From contig CAVRXH010000006.1 of assembly GCA_963725175.1 (NCBI GenBank), positions 5,939,580-6,003,579 on the forward strand: a stretch of 64,000 bases of DNA, in the 5' to 3' direction. Made by a program: the position numbers and the translations under genes. The notes under the pieces were generated by a model. The model did not search any database. It saw only the letters and a program-made list of their open reading frames with translations, and was not told the DNA's origin. Shown here one piece after another: positions 54,143 to 63,844 of the stretch (within the stretch, counting starts at the first letter, position 1; every line of letters begins with the position of its first letter). This DNA comes from an uncultured Actinomycetota bacterium. Its GTDB lineage: Bacteria; Actinomycetota; Actinomycetes; Streptosporangiales; Streptosporangiaceae.

Positions 54143-54562
54143 ATGACTCTTCGGATTCAAATAGTCACAAAGCGTAGTATTCGCTGCGCCCTTGCCTCGA
54201 CGGGGCTGGCTGCCGCCCTGGCGCTGACCGGCTGCGGCGGAAGTTCCGCGCCGTCAGCGAGCGCCCAGCCGAGCACCAGCTCCGCGTCTAGCACGGCGCA
54301 CGCGGCCGCCGACTCGGTGGTCATTCACATGTTCGCGTTCCACCCCGGCACCCTGACGGTGTCGCCGGGCGCGACGGTCAAGGTCCGCAACGCGGACTCG
54401 ACGACGCACACGCTGACGGACAAGGCCAATCCGAAGCTGTTCAGCACCGGCGATATCGGCCCCGGTCAGACCAGGACCTTCAAGGCGCCGACCAAGCCCG
54501 GAAGCTATCCGTTCTTCTGCCAGATCCACCAGTACATGACCGGGACCCTCGTCGTGAGCTAG
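54143..54562 (+). CDS. Cupredoxin-like blue copper lipoprotein (plastocyanin/amicyanin fold)
   Basis: Lipobox ALTGCGGS. Putative type-1 Cu ligands are H (…STTHTLT), C (FFCQIH), H and M (QYMTG). Confidence 0.7.
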   Translation: MTLRIQIVTKRSIRCALASTGLAAALALTGCGGSSAPSASAQPSTSSASSTAHAAADSVVIHMFAFHPGTLTVSPGATVKVRNADSTTHTLTDKANPKLFSTGDIGPGQTRTFKAPTKPGSYPFFCQIHQYMTGTLVVS

Positions 54563-54596
54563 CCGATCAGGGCCTCCGCAACACGAGGGAGGGCAC

Positions 54597-55469
54597 ATGG
54601 AACTTGACGAGGCCGCGCTGCGCGGGCTGACCGAGGAATCGCGAGATACCCATGCCGACGCGATCCGCGCGATCTCCGAACCTCTGGACGACATGGTCGA
54701 CCTCGGCCGCCAGGCGAGGTCGCGAAACGCCCTGGACCCGGACGAGAACGCCAGCTTCGCCGGCCTGAACCGGCGGCAGCTCGCGGCCACCGCCCGGCGG
54801 GGCGGCGGCCTGCTCGCCGCTACCGGAGTCCTCGCGGCGCTCGCCGACTTCATCGGCAGCCCCGCCTTCGCCGCGTCGGGAACCGACATCCAGGTGCTGC
54901 AGACGGCCTCCTCGATCGAGGTCCTGGCCATCTCCACCTACAAGACCGCGCTCACCCTCCCGTACATCGGCGGCAGCTCCGCGAACCCGGTCATCAAGGC
55001 CTTCGCGACCACCACGAAGAAGCAGCACCAGGACCACCTGGCGGCCTTCCAGGCCGCGACCACCGCGCTGGGCGGGAAGAAGCAGACCAAGCCCGACCCG
55101 AAGTTCGTGCCGGTGGTGGACAAGGCCGTCAAGTCGATCACCAAGGCCTCGCCGGCCAAGGGATCGCTGCTGGTCGTCGGCCTGGCCCTGGAGCTGGAGA
55201 ACATCGCGGCGGAGACCTATGTCAACAACATGAGCCTGCTCGCCGACGCGAACGCGAAGAAGGTCACCGCGAGCATCATGGGCGTGGAGGCTCAGCACGT
55301 CGCCATCCTGCTGGCGGTCCGCGCCCTCCTGAAGGCGGGCGACGCGGCCGACATCACGCTGCCCCCGCCGACGGCCAAGCTCCCGGCCGCCGCCGGCAAG
55401 GTCGGCTTCCCGAACGCCTTCTACCCGACGAGCAGCGCTGCCCCGGCAGCTCAGGGAGCAGTGAAATGA
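54597..55469 (+). CDS. Ferritin-like domain protein (DUF4439 family) with a Tat signal
   Basis: Tat-like NRRQLAATARRGGGLLAATG. Two ferritin-like helix pairs: IEVLAISTYKTAL…KQHQDHL and LELENIAAETYVNN…VEAQHVAIL. Confidence 0.65.
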   Translation: MELDEAALRGLTEESRDTHADAIRAISEPLDDMVDLGRQARSRNALDPDENASFAGLNRRQLAATARRGGGLLAATGVLAALADFIGSPAFAASGTDIQVLQTASSIEVLAISTYKTALTLPYIGGSSANPVIKAFATTTKKQHQDHLAAFQAATTALGGKKQTKPDPKFVPVVDKAVKSITKASPAKGSLLVVGLALELENIAAETYVNNMSLLADANAKKVTASIMGVEAQHVAILLAVRALLKAGDAADITLPPPTAKLPAAAGKVGFPNAFYPTSSAAPAAQGAVK

Positions 55470-56305
55470 CCGCCATCGATCCCGGCTCGCACCTGTCAGA
55501 CGGCGAGATCCGCAGCATGACCCAGGATCTGGACGCCCTGCATCACGACCTCACCCTGCCCGCCCTGACGGACAGCCTCAGCGAGTGGGCGGAGGAGATC
55601 CACGAGCGCGATGCCTCCGGCGAGGACGAGCAAGAGGATGCCGCGCAGTCGGCGTTCCTCGCCCGCCGCAGGTTCCTGGTCGCCACGGGCGGCATCGCGG
55701 GCGCGGCCCTCATCGCGGCCTGCGGCAGCTCCGCGGCGCCCCAGTCAGGCTCCAGCCCGTCCGGCTCCGCGCAGGCGACGAGCGGCGGCGAGGGGCAGCA
55801 GCTCAGCGGCGACCTGCGGGTGGTCGCGATGGCCGCGAGCCTGGAGAACTCCGGCATCGCGACCTACAAGTCCGGCCTCAAGGCGGCCAAGGCCGGCAAG
55901 CTCGGCACGGTACCGCCGGCCATCGTCACCTTCGTGGAGACGGTGATGGGCCAGCACCAGGACCATCAGAAGGCGTGGAACGCCGTGCTCACCTCGGCGG
56001 GCAAGCAGCCGGTGACCACCGTTGATCCGGTGATCCAGCCCACCATCAACACGGCTTTCGGGAAGGTGACCACGGTCACCGGGCTGGCCAAGCTTGCCCT
56101 GCAGGTCGAGAACATCGCGGGCGAGACCTATCAGAACGGGCTGTCGGTCATCAAGAGCCCGGCCGGGATCAAGACCGCCGCCTCGATCCAGCCAGTCGAG
56201 TTCCAGCACGCCGCGATCCTGTCCTACGTCCTCGGCAAGTACCCGGTGCCCAGCGCCTTCACCGGCACCACCCTCGCCAGGCCGCCGAGCGACTACCGCA
56301 CCTAG
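55466..56305 (+). CDS. Ferritin-like domain protein (DUF4439 family) with a Tat signal; paralogue of the preceding gene
   Basis: ATGA overlap with the preceding gene. Tat motif ARRRFLVATGG. Conserved LENSGIATYKSGL…GQHQDH…QVENIAGETYQNG…VEFQHAAIL. Confidence 0.65.
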   Translation: MTAIDPGSHLSDGEIRSMTQDLDALHHDLTLPALTDSLSEWAEEIHERDASGEDEQEDAAQSAFLARRRFLVATGGIAGAALIAACGSSAAPQSGSSPSGSAQATSGGEGQQLSGDLRVVAMAASLENSGIATYKSGLKAAKAGKLGTVPPAIVTFVETVMGQHQDHQKAWNAVLTSAGKQPVTTVDPVIQPTINTAFGKVTTVTGLAKLALQVENIAGETYQNGLSVIKSPAGIKTAASIQPVEFQHAAILSYVLGKYPVPSAFTGTTLARPPSDYRT

Positions 56306-56408
56306 GGGCACGGCGAAGCGGGCGGTGGCCGGCAGCGGATCGTGAGCGCTGACGGCCGCCGCCCGCCGCGCGCCGCAGCGGAATGCAGCGCGGTGTCATG
56401 CGCAGATG

Positions 56409-56468
56409 AGCAACCAAGGGTTGCGCTTGAGGTCACGCCTCGCTACAGTGATGTGCAACCAAACGTTG
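56409..56468. promoter_or_regulatory. Two 15-bp palindromes (GCAACCAAGGGTTGC at 56409-56423 and GCAACCAAACGTTGC at 56454-56468) upstream of the SRPBCC-ArsR operon; putative ArsR operators
   Basis: Both inverted repeats are read directly from the sequence. They are spaced 45 bp apart and lie 27-86 bp upstream of the ATG at 56495. Confidence 0.4.
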
Positions 56469-56494
56469 CGAAAAGTGGCCGAGAGGCGGGGGCT

Positions 56495-56956
56495 ATGGAA
56501 TACGGCTCGATCGAGCGGGAGATCCGGATCGACGCGCCGCCGGAGATCGTCTTCGACGTGGTGAGCGACCCGGTGCACGTCCAGCAGTGGTGGCCGGACG
56601 AGGCCAGCTACGAGGCGGTGCCGGGCAGCTCGGGGGAGATCGTCTTCATCAGGGACGGCGAGCGGGTCCCGATGGCCTTCCAGGTGGTCGACGCGGTCCC
56701 GCCCCGGCTGTTCTCGTTCCGCTGGACGCAGCCAGACGGCGAGCCCGCCAGGCCGGACAACTCTTTCCTGGTGACCTTCGATCTGGAGCCGGCCGGCGGC
56801 GGCACGCTGCTGCGGATGACCGAGACGGGCTTCCGGGAGCGCGGCTGGGAGGCCGCCGTCCTGGAGGAGGCCTACCGGGACCACGCCAGCGGCTGGGACC
56901 ACTACCTGCCGCGGCTGGCGCCCTACATCCAGAAGTACCTCGAATCGGCGCGATGA
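56495..56956 (+). CDS. SRPBCC family protein (AHSA1/polyketide-cyclase-like fold)
   Basis: IEREIRIDAPPEIVFDVVSDPVHVQQWW… is typical of the Aha1/BPI SRPBCC fold. The gene is coupled to the ArsR gene (ATGA overlap). Confidence 0.75.
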   Translation: MEYGSIEREIRIDAPPEIVFDVVSDPVHVQQWWPDEASYEAVPGSSGEIVFIRDGERVPMAFQVVDAVPPRLFSFRWTQPDGEPARPDNSFLVTFDLEPAGGGTLLRMTETGFRERGWEAAVLEEAYRDHASGWDHYLPRLAPYIQKYLESAR

Positions 56957-57348
56957 GCAGCGTCGTGACCAACACCGGCGCGTTGAGCACCGTGGACGAC
57001 GCGCTCTGGTCCGCGGTGGGCGACCCGACCCGGCGGCGGATGCTCGACCTGCTGCTCGCCGAGGGCAGCGGGACCGCGACCAGCCTGAGCGCGCGGCTCC
57101 CGGTGACCAGGCAGGCGGTCGCCAAGCACCTCGTGGTGCTGGACCGGGCCGGCCTGGTGCGCGGCGTCACCGCCGGGCGGGAGAAGCAGTACCGAGTCGA
57201 CTCCGCGCAGCTCGCGCGGGCCGTCGCGCAGCTCGCCGAGGTGGGCGCCAGCTGGGACCGGCGGCTGCGGCGGATCAAGGAGATCGCCGAGGCCATCGGG
57301 GAGCGGGCCCGCGAGCAGGCCGAGAAGGACGATGGGAAGGAGCAGTGA
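56953..57348 (+). CDS. ArsR/SmtB family transcriptional regulator
   Basis: HTH region ALWSAVGDPTRRRMLDLLLAEGSGTATSLSARLPVTRQAVAKHLVVLDRAGLV. Confidence 0.8.
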   Translation: MSSVVTNTGALSTVDDALWSAVGDPTRRRMLDLLLAEGSGTATSLSARLPVTRQAVAKHLVVLDRAGLVRGVTAGREKQYRVDSAQLARAVAQLAEVGASWDRRLRRIKEIAEAIGERAREQAEKDDGKEQ

Positions 57349-57350
57349 CA

Positions 57351-57500
57351 ATGCCAGACATCCTGCACCGCATCGGCGTCGAGGGATCGACGTCCAGCAC
57401 CAAGCGGGGCTCGTTCCTGATGAGCCTCAAGCAGCTCCTGGAGACCGGCGAAGGGGCACCGGACCCCCGCGACGTGCACATCAGCGACTGGCACTGAGCC
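57351..57500 (+). CDS. Small ORF (49 aa), tightly coupled downstream of the ArsR gene
   Basis: ATG at 57351 lies 2 nt after the ArsR stop, with GGAAGGAG upstream. It encodes MPDILHRIGVEGSTSSTKRGSFLMSLKQLLETGEGAPDPRDVHISDWH and is not in the supplied ORF track. Confidence 0.3.
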
Positions 57501-57716
57501 GTTCGACTGGCAATGAGCCGTTCGCAGTTCCCGGCGGAGTCCTTCTCCCGAAGGGCTCCGCCGGAACGCGTGCCGGCCGCGCGGTGGTCCGCGCTTATGC
57601 ACAGCGGACGGGCCGGATCAAGGAGCAAATGGTGTGCTACGCCATTCTCTGGGCGACACGTTACTGATCGTTTACGCCGGCAATAGGTTCCCCGCTAATC
57701 GAGTCGGGTACGCACC

Positions 57717-59087
57717 GTGACGCTGAGTAACTATGATGACGCTCACAGTTACGCACGGTCAGAGCGTGGCTGCGGGCGGTGGCGCAGACGGGGGAACGGC
57801 GTGTTCAGTGTTCGGGGGGCTAGCAAGCAGGCGGGCCCGGTCAAGGAGCGGCCTGCGACTCTGCCGGTGACGGGTGAGCCAGGGCACGGGCCCGGCCTGC
57901 CGCCGGAACCGCCACAGGGCGGGCCCGGCCGGCCAGGCGGGCACCAGCGCAAGATGATCATCCTGGCCGGCGCCTGCGCCCTCGCGGTGATCGCCGCCGC
58001 GGCCGGCTACGCGCTGACGCACACCGGCGGCTCGTCCGCTGGCTCCGGCAAGAGCGGCGGCGGCAGCGGCCTGGTGGCCGCGCTGCGGGTCGCGTCGGTG
58101 ACCCCGGTCACGGGCGACCGGCGCGTCGACGGCAGCGCCCCCATCATCATCCAGTTCAACGCCCCGCTGGCGGCCGGCTCGCCGATGCCGGTCATCACCC
58201 CGCCGGTCCGCGGCACCTGGACCAGGGTCGCCAACGACGCGACGTTCATCCCGGCAACGGCGTTCGCGCCCTACCACCGCTACACCGTCAGGGTCCCGGC
58301 CGGCGCCTCGGGCGTCCGGATCGCGGGCGGCAAGACGCTGGCCAGCCCCGTGGTGAGTCACTTCACCACCCGGGGCTACTCGCCGCTGCGGATGGCGCAG
58401 CTGCTCAGTCAGCTCGGTTACCTGCCACTGACCTGGTCGCCGGCTACCGGTGGCGCGGCCCGTTCAGAGGAAATGAACGGGGGCCTGCCCTCCAGCCAGC
58501 AGGCACTGGCCTTCGACCCGCCGGCCGGCTCGTTCAGCTGGCAGGCCGCCTACCCGGCGCTGCTCACCGATCAGTGGCAGCCCGGCCAGTGGAACGTGGT
58601 CGTCAAGGGCGCGGTCATGGCGTTCCAGTCCGAGCACCACCTGACCATCGACGGCAGCACGGGCCCGGCGCTGTGGGGCGCGCTGTTCCGCGCGGTCCGC
58701 GCCGACCAGCGCAACGCCAACGGCTACACCTACGCGGTGGCCAGCAAGTCGCTGCCGGAGACGCTGACGATCTGGCACGACGGGCGGCAGGTCTTCCGCA
58801 GCCTGGCCAACACGGGCATCCCGGTGTCGCCGACGGTGGACGGCACGTTCCCGGTCTATGAGAAGTTCCGGTTCCAGATCATGCGCGGCGTCAATCCGGA
58901 CGGCAGTTCCTACGCCGACCCGGTGTCATTCGTCTCCTATTTCAACGGCGGCGACGCGGTGCACTACTTCCCGCGCGGCTCCTACGGATTCCAGCAGAGC
59001 CTGGGCTGCGTGGAGCTGCCGTACAGCTCGGCCGAGCAGGCTTACCCGTACCTCACCTACGGGAGCCTGGTCACAGTCGCCGGCTGA
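57717..59087 (+). CDS. L,D-transpeptidase (YkuD domain) with an N-terminal membrane anchor and Ig-like domains (LdtMt2-like)
   Basis: C-terminal catalytic motif GFQQSLGCVELP. The TM anchor is MIILAGACALAVIAAAAGYA. The start is ambiguous: GTG at 57717 or ATG at 57952. Confidence 0.75.
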   Translation: MTLSNYDDAHSYARSERGCGRWRRRGNGVFSVRGASKQAGPVKERPATLPVTGEPGHGPGLPPEPPQGGPGRPGGHQRKMIILAGACALAVIAAAAGYALTHTGGSSAGSGKSGGGSGLVAALRVASVTPVTGDRRVDGSAPIIIQFNAPLAAGSPMPVITPPVRGTWTRVANDATFIPATAFAPYHRYTVRVPAGASGVRIAGGKTLASPVVSHFTTRGYSPLRMAQLLSQLGYLPLTWSPATGGAARSEEMNGGLPSSQQALAFDPPAGSFSWQAAYPALLTDQWQPGQWNVVVKGAVMAFQSEHHLTIDGSTGPALWGALFRAVRADQRNANGYTYAVASKSLPETLTIWHDGRQVFRSLANTGIPVSPTVDGTFPVYEKFRFQIMRGVNPDGSSYADPVSFVSYFNGGDAVHYFPRGSYGFQQSLGCVELPYSSAEQAYPYLTYGSLVTVAG

Positions 59088-59342
59088 GCCCGCCTGCCAG
59101 CCGGCCGCCCGCCCGGTTCCCCGCCACGGGGGTCCGGGCGGGCTCATGTCCGGACCTGGCAGGCGCTGACCTGCGTTCACGCCCGGATCGCCGGTGGTTC
59201 ACCGATCTGGGTGACAAAGTCGTATCCGTTTCTTAACGATCATTTATGCGCGCTTGCCAGAGCGGCTAACTGGCTTCCGTACCTGCGAAGTCCTGGTATA
59301 CATCAGGTCATCCGACGTATCGCCCGTCCTTGAGAGGGCTGG

Positions 59343-60536
59343 GTGCGTAGGCGAGGGAGCGCACTGTTGTCTGTTCTGGGTACCTTGCGTGGTCGTATCG
59401 CGATCCTGGGTGGCGTGATCGTCGTCTTGCTTGCCGCCGGGACCTGGATAGCGCTCACCCATGCGTCCGCCCAGCCGACCGTCCCCGTCGCGGCTGACGG
59501 GCACGCCTCGGCGCCGCCCAAGGCGACCCCGCTGAGCGTGGTGTCGGTCACGCCGGCCGAGCACGCCAAGGAAGTCAACGGCGCGGCCCCGGTCAAGATC
59601 ACGTTCTCCGCCGCCCTCGCCTCGGACTCGCCGATGCCGGAGGTGAAGCCGCACGTCGCCGGGCACTGGCAGAAGGCCGGCGCCGACGCGGTCGAGTTCG
59701 TCCCCGCCCGCGGCTTCGGCGAGTGGACGCACGTCAAGGTGCACATCCCCGGCGGCCCGGCGGGCCTGCAGGCCTCCGACGGCGGCCAGCTGGCGCACGG
59801 CAAGACGGTGAAGTTCGAGACGGGCGGGTATTCGCCCGAACGGCTCGCCGAGGTGCTCGCCCAGCTCGGCTACCTGCCGCTCACCTGGACCGCGGCCTCC
59901 GGCCAGGCTGCGCCGGGCATGGGCGACTCCGGCCAGGAGGCCGCGGCGTTCTCGCCCCCCACCGGTGACTACGCCTGGAAGCCCGGCTACCCGCACCACC
60001 TGCGGGACTACTGGGACAACGGGTCGCCAAGCGGCCTGATCGTCAGGGGCGCCGTGATGGCCTTCGAGTCCCAGCACGACCTCACCCTGGACGGCATCGC
60101 CGGCAAGGAGGTCTGGAAGTCGCTGCTCAAGGCCGCGACCAAGGACGAGGCCAACAGCTACGGCTACACCTACGCGCTGGCCAGCGAGCACCTGCCGGAG
60201 ACCCTCTCGGTCTGGCACGACGGCCACCGGATCCTGCACGGGCTGGCCAACACCGGCATCCCGGCGGCGCCCACCACGCTCGGCACCGCCCCGGTGTACC
60301 TGAAGTACAAGTACCAGGTGATGCGCGGCAAGAACCCGGACGGCAGCAAGTACGCCGACCCGGTCTGGTACGTGTCCTACTTCCGGGCGGGCGAGGCGGT
60401 GCACTACTTCGACCGCGCCTCCTACGGGTTCCAGCAGAGCCTGGGCTGCGTCGAGCTGCCGATGTCGGAGGCCAAGTACATCTGGCCGTACCTGACCTTC
60501 GGCACGCTGGTCACGGTCACGACCGCGAAGCCCTGA
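59343..60536 (+). CDS. L,D-transpeptidase (YkuD domain); tandem paralogue of the preceding gene
   Basis: Catalytic motif GFQQSLGCVELPMSEAKY. TM anchor IAILGGVIVVLLAAGTWIAL. Same domain order as the upstream paralogue. Confidence 0.75.
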   Translation: MRRRGSALLSVLGTLRGRIAILGGVIVVLLAAGTWIALTHASAQPTVPVAADGHASAPPKATPLSVVSVTPAEHAKEVNGAAPVKITFSAALASDSPMPEVKPHVAGHWQKAGADAVEFVPARGFGEWTHVKVHIPGGPAGLQASDGGQLAHGKTVKFETGGYSPERLAEVLAQLGYLPLTWTAASGQAAPGMGDSGQEAAAFSPPTGDYAWKPGYPHHLRDYWDNGSPSGLIVRGAVMAFESQHDLTLDGIAGKEVWKSLLKAATKDEANSYGYTYALASEHLPETLSVWHDGHRILHGLANTGIPAAPTTLGTAPVYLKYKYQVMRGKNPDGSKYADPVWYVSYFRAGEAVHYFDRASYGFQQSLGCVELPMSEAKYIWPYLTFGTLVTVTTAKP

Positions 60537-60694
60537 CGGGGCGCGCCGGGCCAGCCTCGCGGGCGGGCGCGGCGGCTGGAGCCAGGAGAGCCGGCGATTA
60601 CTGCCGCGCGCCAGGGCCGCCCGCCTCGGTAGCATCGGGTCCGGGACTGTAGCGGGCGCCCGCCCGCGCCCGCCATCGAGCCAAGGAGCCTGCC

Positions 60695-62755
60695 GTGCCT
60701 GCCGACCAGCTGCGCATCACTCTCGCCGGACGCGAGCATGTGGTGGACGGCGGCACGACGGCGGCCAGCCTGCTGGCCGGCGCGGACGGCGCGGACGGCG
60801 CGGCGGCCATCGCGGCGCGGGTGAACGGCGTGCTGAGCGACCTGGCGGCACCGCTCGCGGACGGCGACGTGGTCGAGCCGGTCATCGCTGCCAGCCCGGA
60901 CGGGCTGTCCATCCTGCGACACTCCACCGCCCACGTCCTCGCCCAGGCCGTGCAGGAGCTGTTCCCCGACGCGAAGCTGGGCATCGGCCCGCCGGTCGAG
61001 AACGGCTTCTACTACGACTTCGACGTGCTGCAGCCGTTCGGCCCCGATGACCTCAAGGCCATCGAGCAGCGGATGCGCCAGATCGTCAAGCAGGGTCAGC
61101 GGTTCGCCCGCCGCGCCGTCACCGACGAGCAGGCCCGCGCCGAGCTGGCCGGCGAGCCGTACAAGCTGGAGCTGATCTCGCTCAAGGGCAGCGGCCCGGC
61201 CGCCGGGGCGGCCGGCACCGAGCTGGCCGCCGCCGACGTCGCGGCCGCCGGCACCCCGAGCGCCGTGGCGGTCAGTGACGAGGAGGCCGTCGAGGTGGGC
61301 GGCGGCGAGCTGACCATCTACGACAACCTCAACGCCAAGACCGGCGAGACCTGCTGGAAGGACCTGTGCCGCGGGCCGCACCTGCCCACCACCCGGCACA
61401 TCCCGGCCTTCAAGCTGATGCGCAGCGGCGGCGCGTACTGGCGGGGCAGCGAGAAGAACCCGCAGCTCCAGCGGATCTACGGGACCGCGTGGGCCTCCCG
61501 CGAGGCGCAGGACCAGTACCTGACCCTGCTGGCCGAGGCCGAGAAGCGCGACCACCGCAAGCTGGGCACCGAGCTCGACCTTTTCTCCTTCCCGACCGAG
61601 ATCGGCAGCGGCCTGGCCGTCTTCCACCCCAAGGGCGGGCTGGTCCGCAAGATCCTGGAGGACTACTCGCGGCAGCGGCACGAGGCCGCCGGGTATGAGT
61701 TCGTCAACACCCCGCACATCACCAAGTCGGAGCTGTTCGAGATCTCCGGGCACCTGGGCTGGTTCGGCGAGAACATCTTCCCGCCCATGGAGATGGAAGG
61801 CGCCAAGTACTACCTCAAGCCCATGAACTGCCCGATGCACATCCTGATCTACCGGTCCCGCGGCCGGTCCTACCGGGACCTGCCGCTGCCGCTGTTCGAG
61901 TTCGGCACCGTGTACCGGTACGAGAAGTCGGGCGTGGTGCACGGGCTGACCCGGGTGCGCGGGCTGACCATGGACGACGCGCACATCTTCTGCACCCGCG
62001 AGCAGGCCGGCGAGCAGCTGCGCAAGCTGCTCACCTTCGTGCTCGACCTGCTCCGCGACTACGGCCTGGACGACTTCTACCTGGAGCTGTCAACCCGCGA
62101 CGACGTCAAGGACAAGTGGGTCGGCAGCCTGGAGGACTGGGAGCAGGCCACCGAGGAGCTGCGCCAGGCGGCGGTGTCGTCCGGCCTGGAGCTGGTCGCC
62201 GACCCCGGCGGCGCGGCGTTCTACGGGCCGAAGATCTCGGTGCAGGCCAGGGACGCCATCGGCCGGACCTGGCAGCTCTCCACCATCCAGGTCGACTACA
62301 ACCTGCCCAAGCGGTTCGGCCTGGAGTACCAGGCCGCCGACGGCTCCCGGCAGCAGCCGATCATGATCCACCGGGCGCTGTTCGGGTCCATCGAGCGGTT
62401 CTTCGGCATCCTGGTCGAGCACTACGCCGGGGCCTTCCCGCCGTGGCTGGCGCCCGTCCAGGTGACCGGCATCCCGATCGCGGACGCGCACGTGCCGTAC
62501 CTGGAGCAGGTCGCCGCCCGGCTGCGGGAGCGGGGCATCAGGATCGAGGTCGACGCCTCGGACGACCGGATGCAGAAGAAGATCAGGACCGCGCAGCGCC
62601 AGAAGGTGCCGTACATGCTGCTGGCCGGGGACGAGGACGTGTCCAAGGGCGCGGTCTCGTTCCGGTACCGCAGCGGCGAGCAGCGCAACGGCGTCCCCGT
62701 AGACGAGGCCATCGAGGAGATTGTCTCGGCGGTGGCCCGGCGGATCCAGGTCTGA
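60695..62755 (+). CDS. thrS: Threonine--tRNA ligase
   Basis: GTG start with an AAGGAG RBS. TGS/editing domain N-terminus. Class II aaRS motifs …FRYEKSG…[16 protein letters not shown]… Anticodon-binding C-terminus. Confidence 0.9.
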   Translation: MPADQLRITLAGREHVVDGGTTAASLLAGADGADGAAAIAARVNGVLSDLAAPLADGDVVEPVIAASPDGLSILRHSTAHVLAQAVQELFPDAKLGIGPPVENGFYYDFDVLQPFGPDDLKAIEQRMRQIVKQGQRFARRAVTDEQARAELAGEPYKLELISLKGSGPAAGAAGTELAAADVAAAGTPSAVAVSDEEAVEVGGGELTIYDNLNAKTGETCWKDLCRGPHLPTTRHIPAFKLMRSGGAYWRGSEKNPQLQRIYGTAWASREAQDQYLTLLAEAEKRDHRKLGTELDLFSFPTEIGSGLAVFHPKGGLVRKILEDYSRQRHEAAGYEFVNTPHITKSELFEISGHLGWFGENIFPPMEMEGAKYYLKPMNCPMHILIYRSRGRSYRDLPLPLFEFGTVYRYEKSGVVHGLTRVRGLTMDDAHIFCTREQAGEQLRKLLTFVLDLLRDYGLDDFYLELSTRDDVKDKWVGSLEDWEQATEELRQAAVSSGLELVADPGGAAFYGPKISVQARDAIGRTWQLSTIQVDYNLPKRFGLEYQAADGSRQQPIMIHRALFGSIERFFGILVEHYAGAFPPWLAPVQVTGIPIADAHVPYLEQVAARLRERGIRIEVDASDDRMQKKIRTAQRQKVPYMLLAGDEDVSKGAVSFRYRSGEQRNGVPVDEAIEEIVSAVARRIQV

Positions 62756-62760
62756 GACCC

Positions 62761-63318
62761 GTGTCCGATCCTCAGCCAGCAGGCGTCCCGGAGCCGGAGC
62801 CGCAGGACGGTGCCGGCACGCCGGACGGGTTCCAGCGGCTGTGGATGCCGCACCGGATGGCCTACATCAAGGGCGAGGGCAAGCCGGGGGAGTCGGGAGA
62901 ATGCCCGTTCTGCCGCATCCCCGGCCTGCCGGACGCCGACGGGCTGATCGTGGCCCGCGGCGTGCTGGTCTTCGCGATCCTGAACCTCTACCCGTATAAC
63001 AGCGGGCACCTGATGGTGCTGCCGTACCGGCACGTGGCGGACTACACGGACCTGGACGACAAGGAGACGGCGGAGCTCGCGGAGTTCACGAAGCGGGCGA
63101 TGACGGCACTGCGCGCGGCGTCGGGGGCGCAGGGCTTCAACCTCGGCATGAACATGGGCGCGGTCGCGGGCGCGGGGATCGCCGCTCACCTGCACCAGCA
63201 CGTGGTGCCGCGCTGGGGCGGCGACGCGAACTTCATGCCGGTTATCGGCCGCACCAAGGTGCTCCCTCAGTTGCTCGCCGACACGCGAGAGCTGCTCGCC
63301 GAAGCCTGGCCCCGCTAG
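62761..63318 (+). CDS. HIT family protein (Ap4A phosphorylase/GalT-like branch)
   Basis: Histidine triad HLHQHVVPR. The nucleotide-binding region is …LYPYNSGHLMVLPYRH…. Confidence 0.8.
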   Translation: MSDPQPAGVPEPEPQDGAGTPDGFQRLWMPHRMAYIKGEGKPGESGECPFCRIPGLPDADGLIVARGVLVFAILNLYPYNSGHLMVLPYRHVADYTDLDDKETAELAEFTKRAMTALRAASGAQGFNLGMNMGAVAGAGIAAHLHQHVVPRWGGDANFMPVIGRTKVLPQLLADTRELLAEAWPR

Positions 63319-63404
63319 CGGGGCCAGCCGGCGGCCGGGGCCAGCCCGGCCCGGCCCGGCCGACGCAACCCGGCCCGACCTGGGCCGCGCCGATCGGGCC
63401 GCTT

Positions 63405-63458
63405 CATGATCGGGTAGCGCTTTGGGCCACATACGCCCCAAAATGCTCCCCGATCATG
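63405..63458. repeat. Palindromic element copy 2 (imperfect; inverted orientation relative to copy 1 at 8391-8436)
   Basis: CATGATCGGGTAGCGCTTTGGG-ccacatacg-CCCCAAAATGCTCCCCGATCATG. The loop is the reverse complement of copy 1's loop, and the left flank CTTCATGATCGGG is the reverse complement of copy 1's right flank CCCGATCATGAAG. Confidence 0.6.
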
Positions 63459-63844
63459 AGAGTCACCCGGTGGCGGCGCCCGCCCAGTCACACGCATCAC
63501 TCCAGCGCCGTCGCCGGGCGGGGCAGGCGTGATCTTCAGGATCACGGGTCAGCGGGGGCCTGCGAAGCGGACGGGTGCTGGCTGGGGTTAGGGCGGCTGG
63601 GGCTGGGGGTTTGTATTGCCCGGGGGGTAACCCCCGGACCCCCAGACCGGGGGGCGGAGCCCCCCCGGAGCCCCCTCTGCCGGCCGCTCGGGCCGGGCCG
63701 GCAGGGCCCGACCCTCGCGGACGGCATTGCTGTGGCTGGGGTTTCCGGGCGGGCGGGTGGGCGGGCGTGGCTCGACCCGGTCCGGGCGACGCGGCTCACC
63801 CCGCCCTCAGCCGGCCAGGCCGGCCCCGCCGGGCCGGGCCCATC

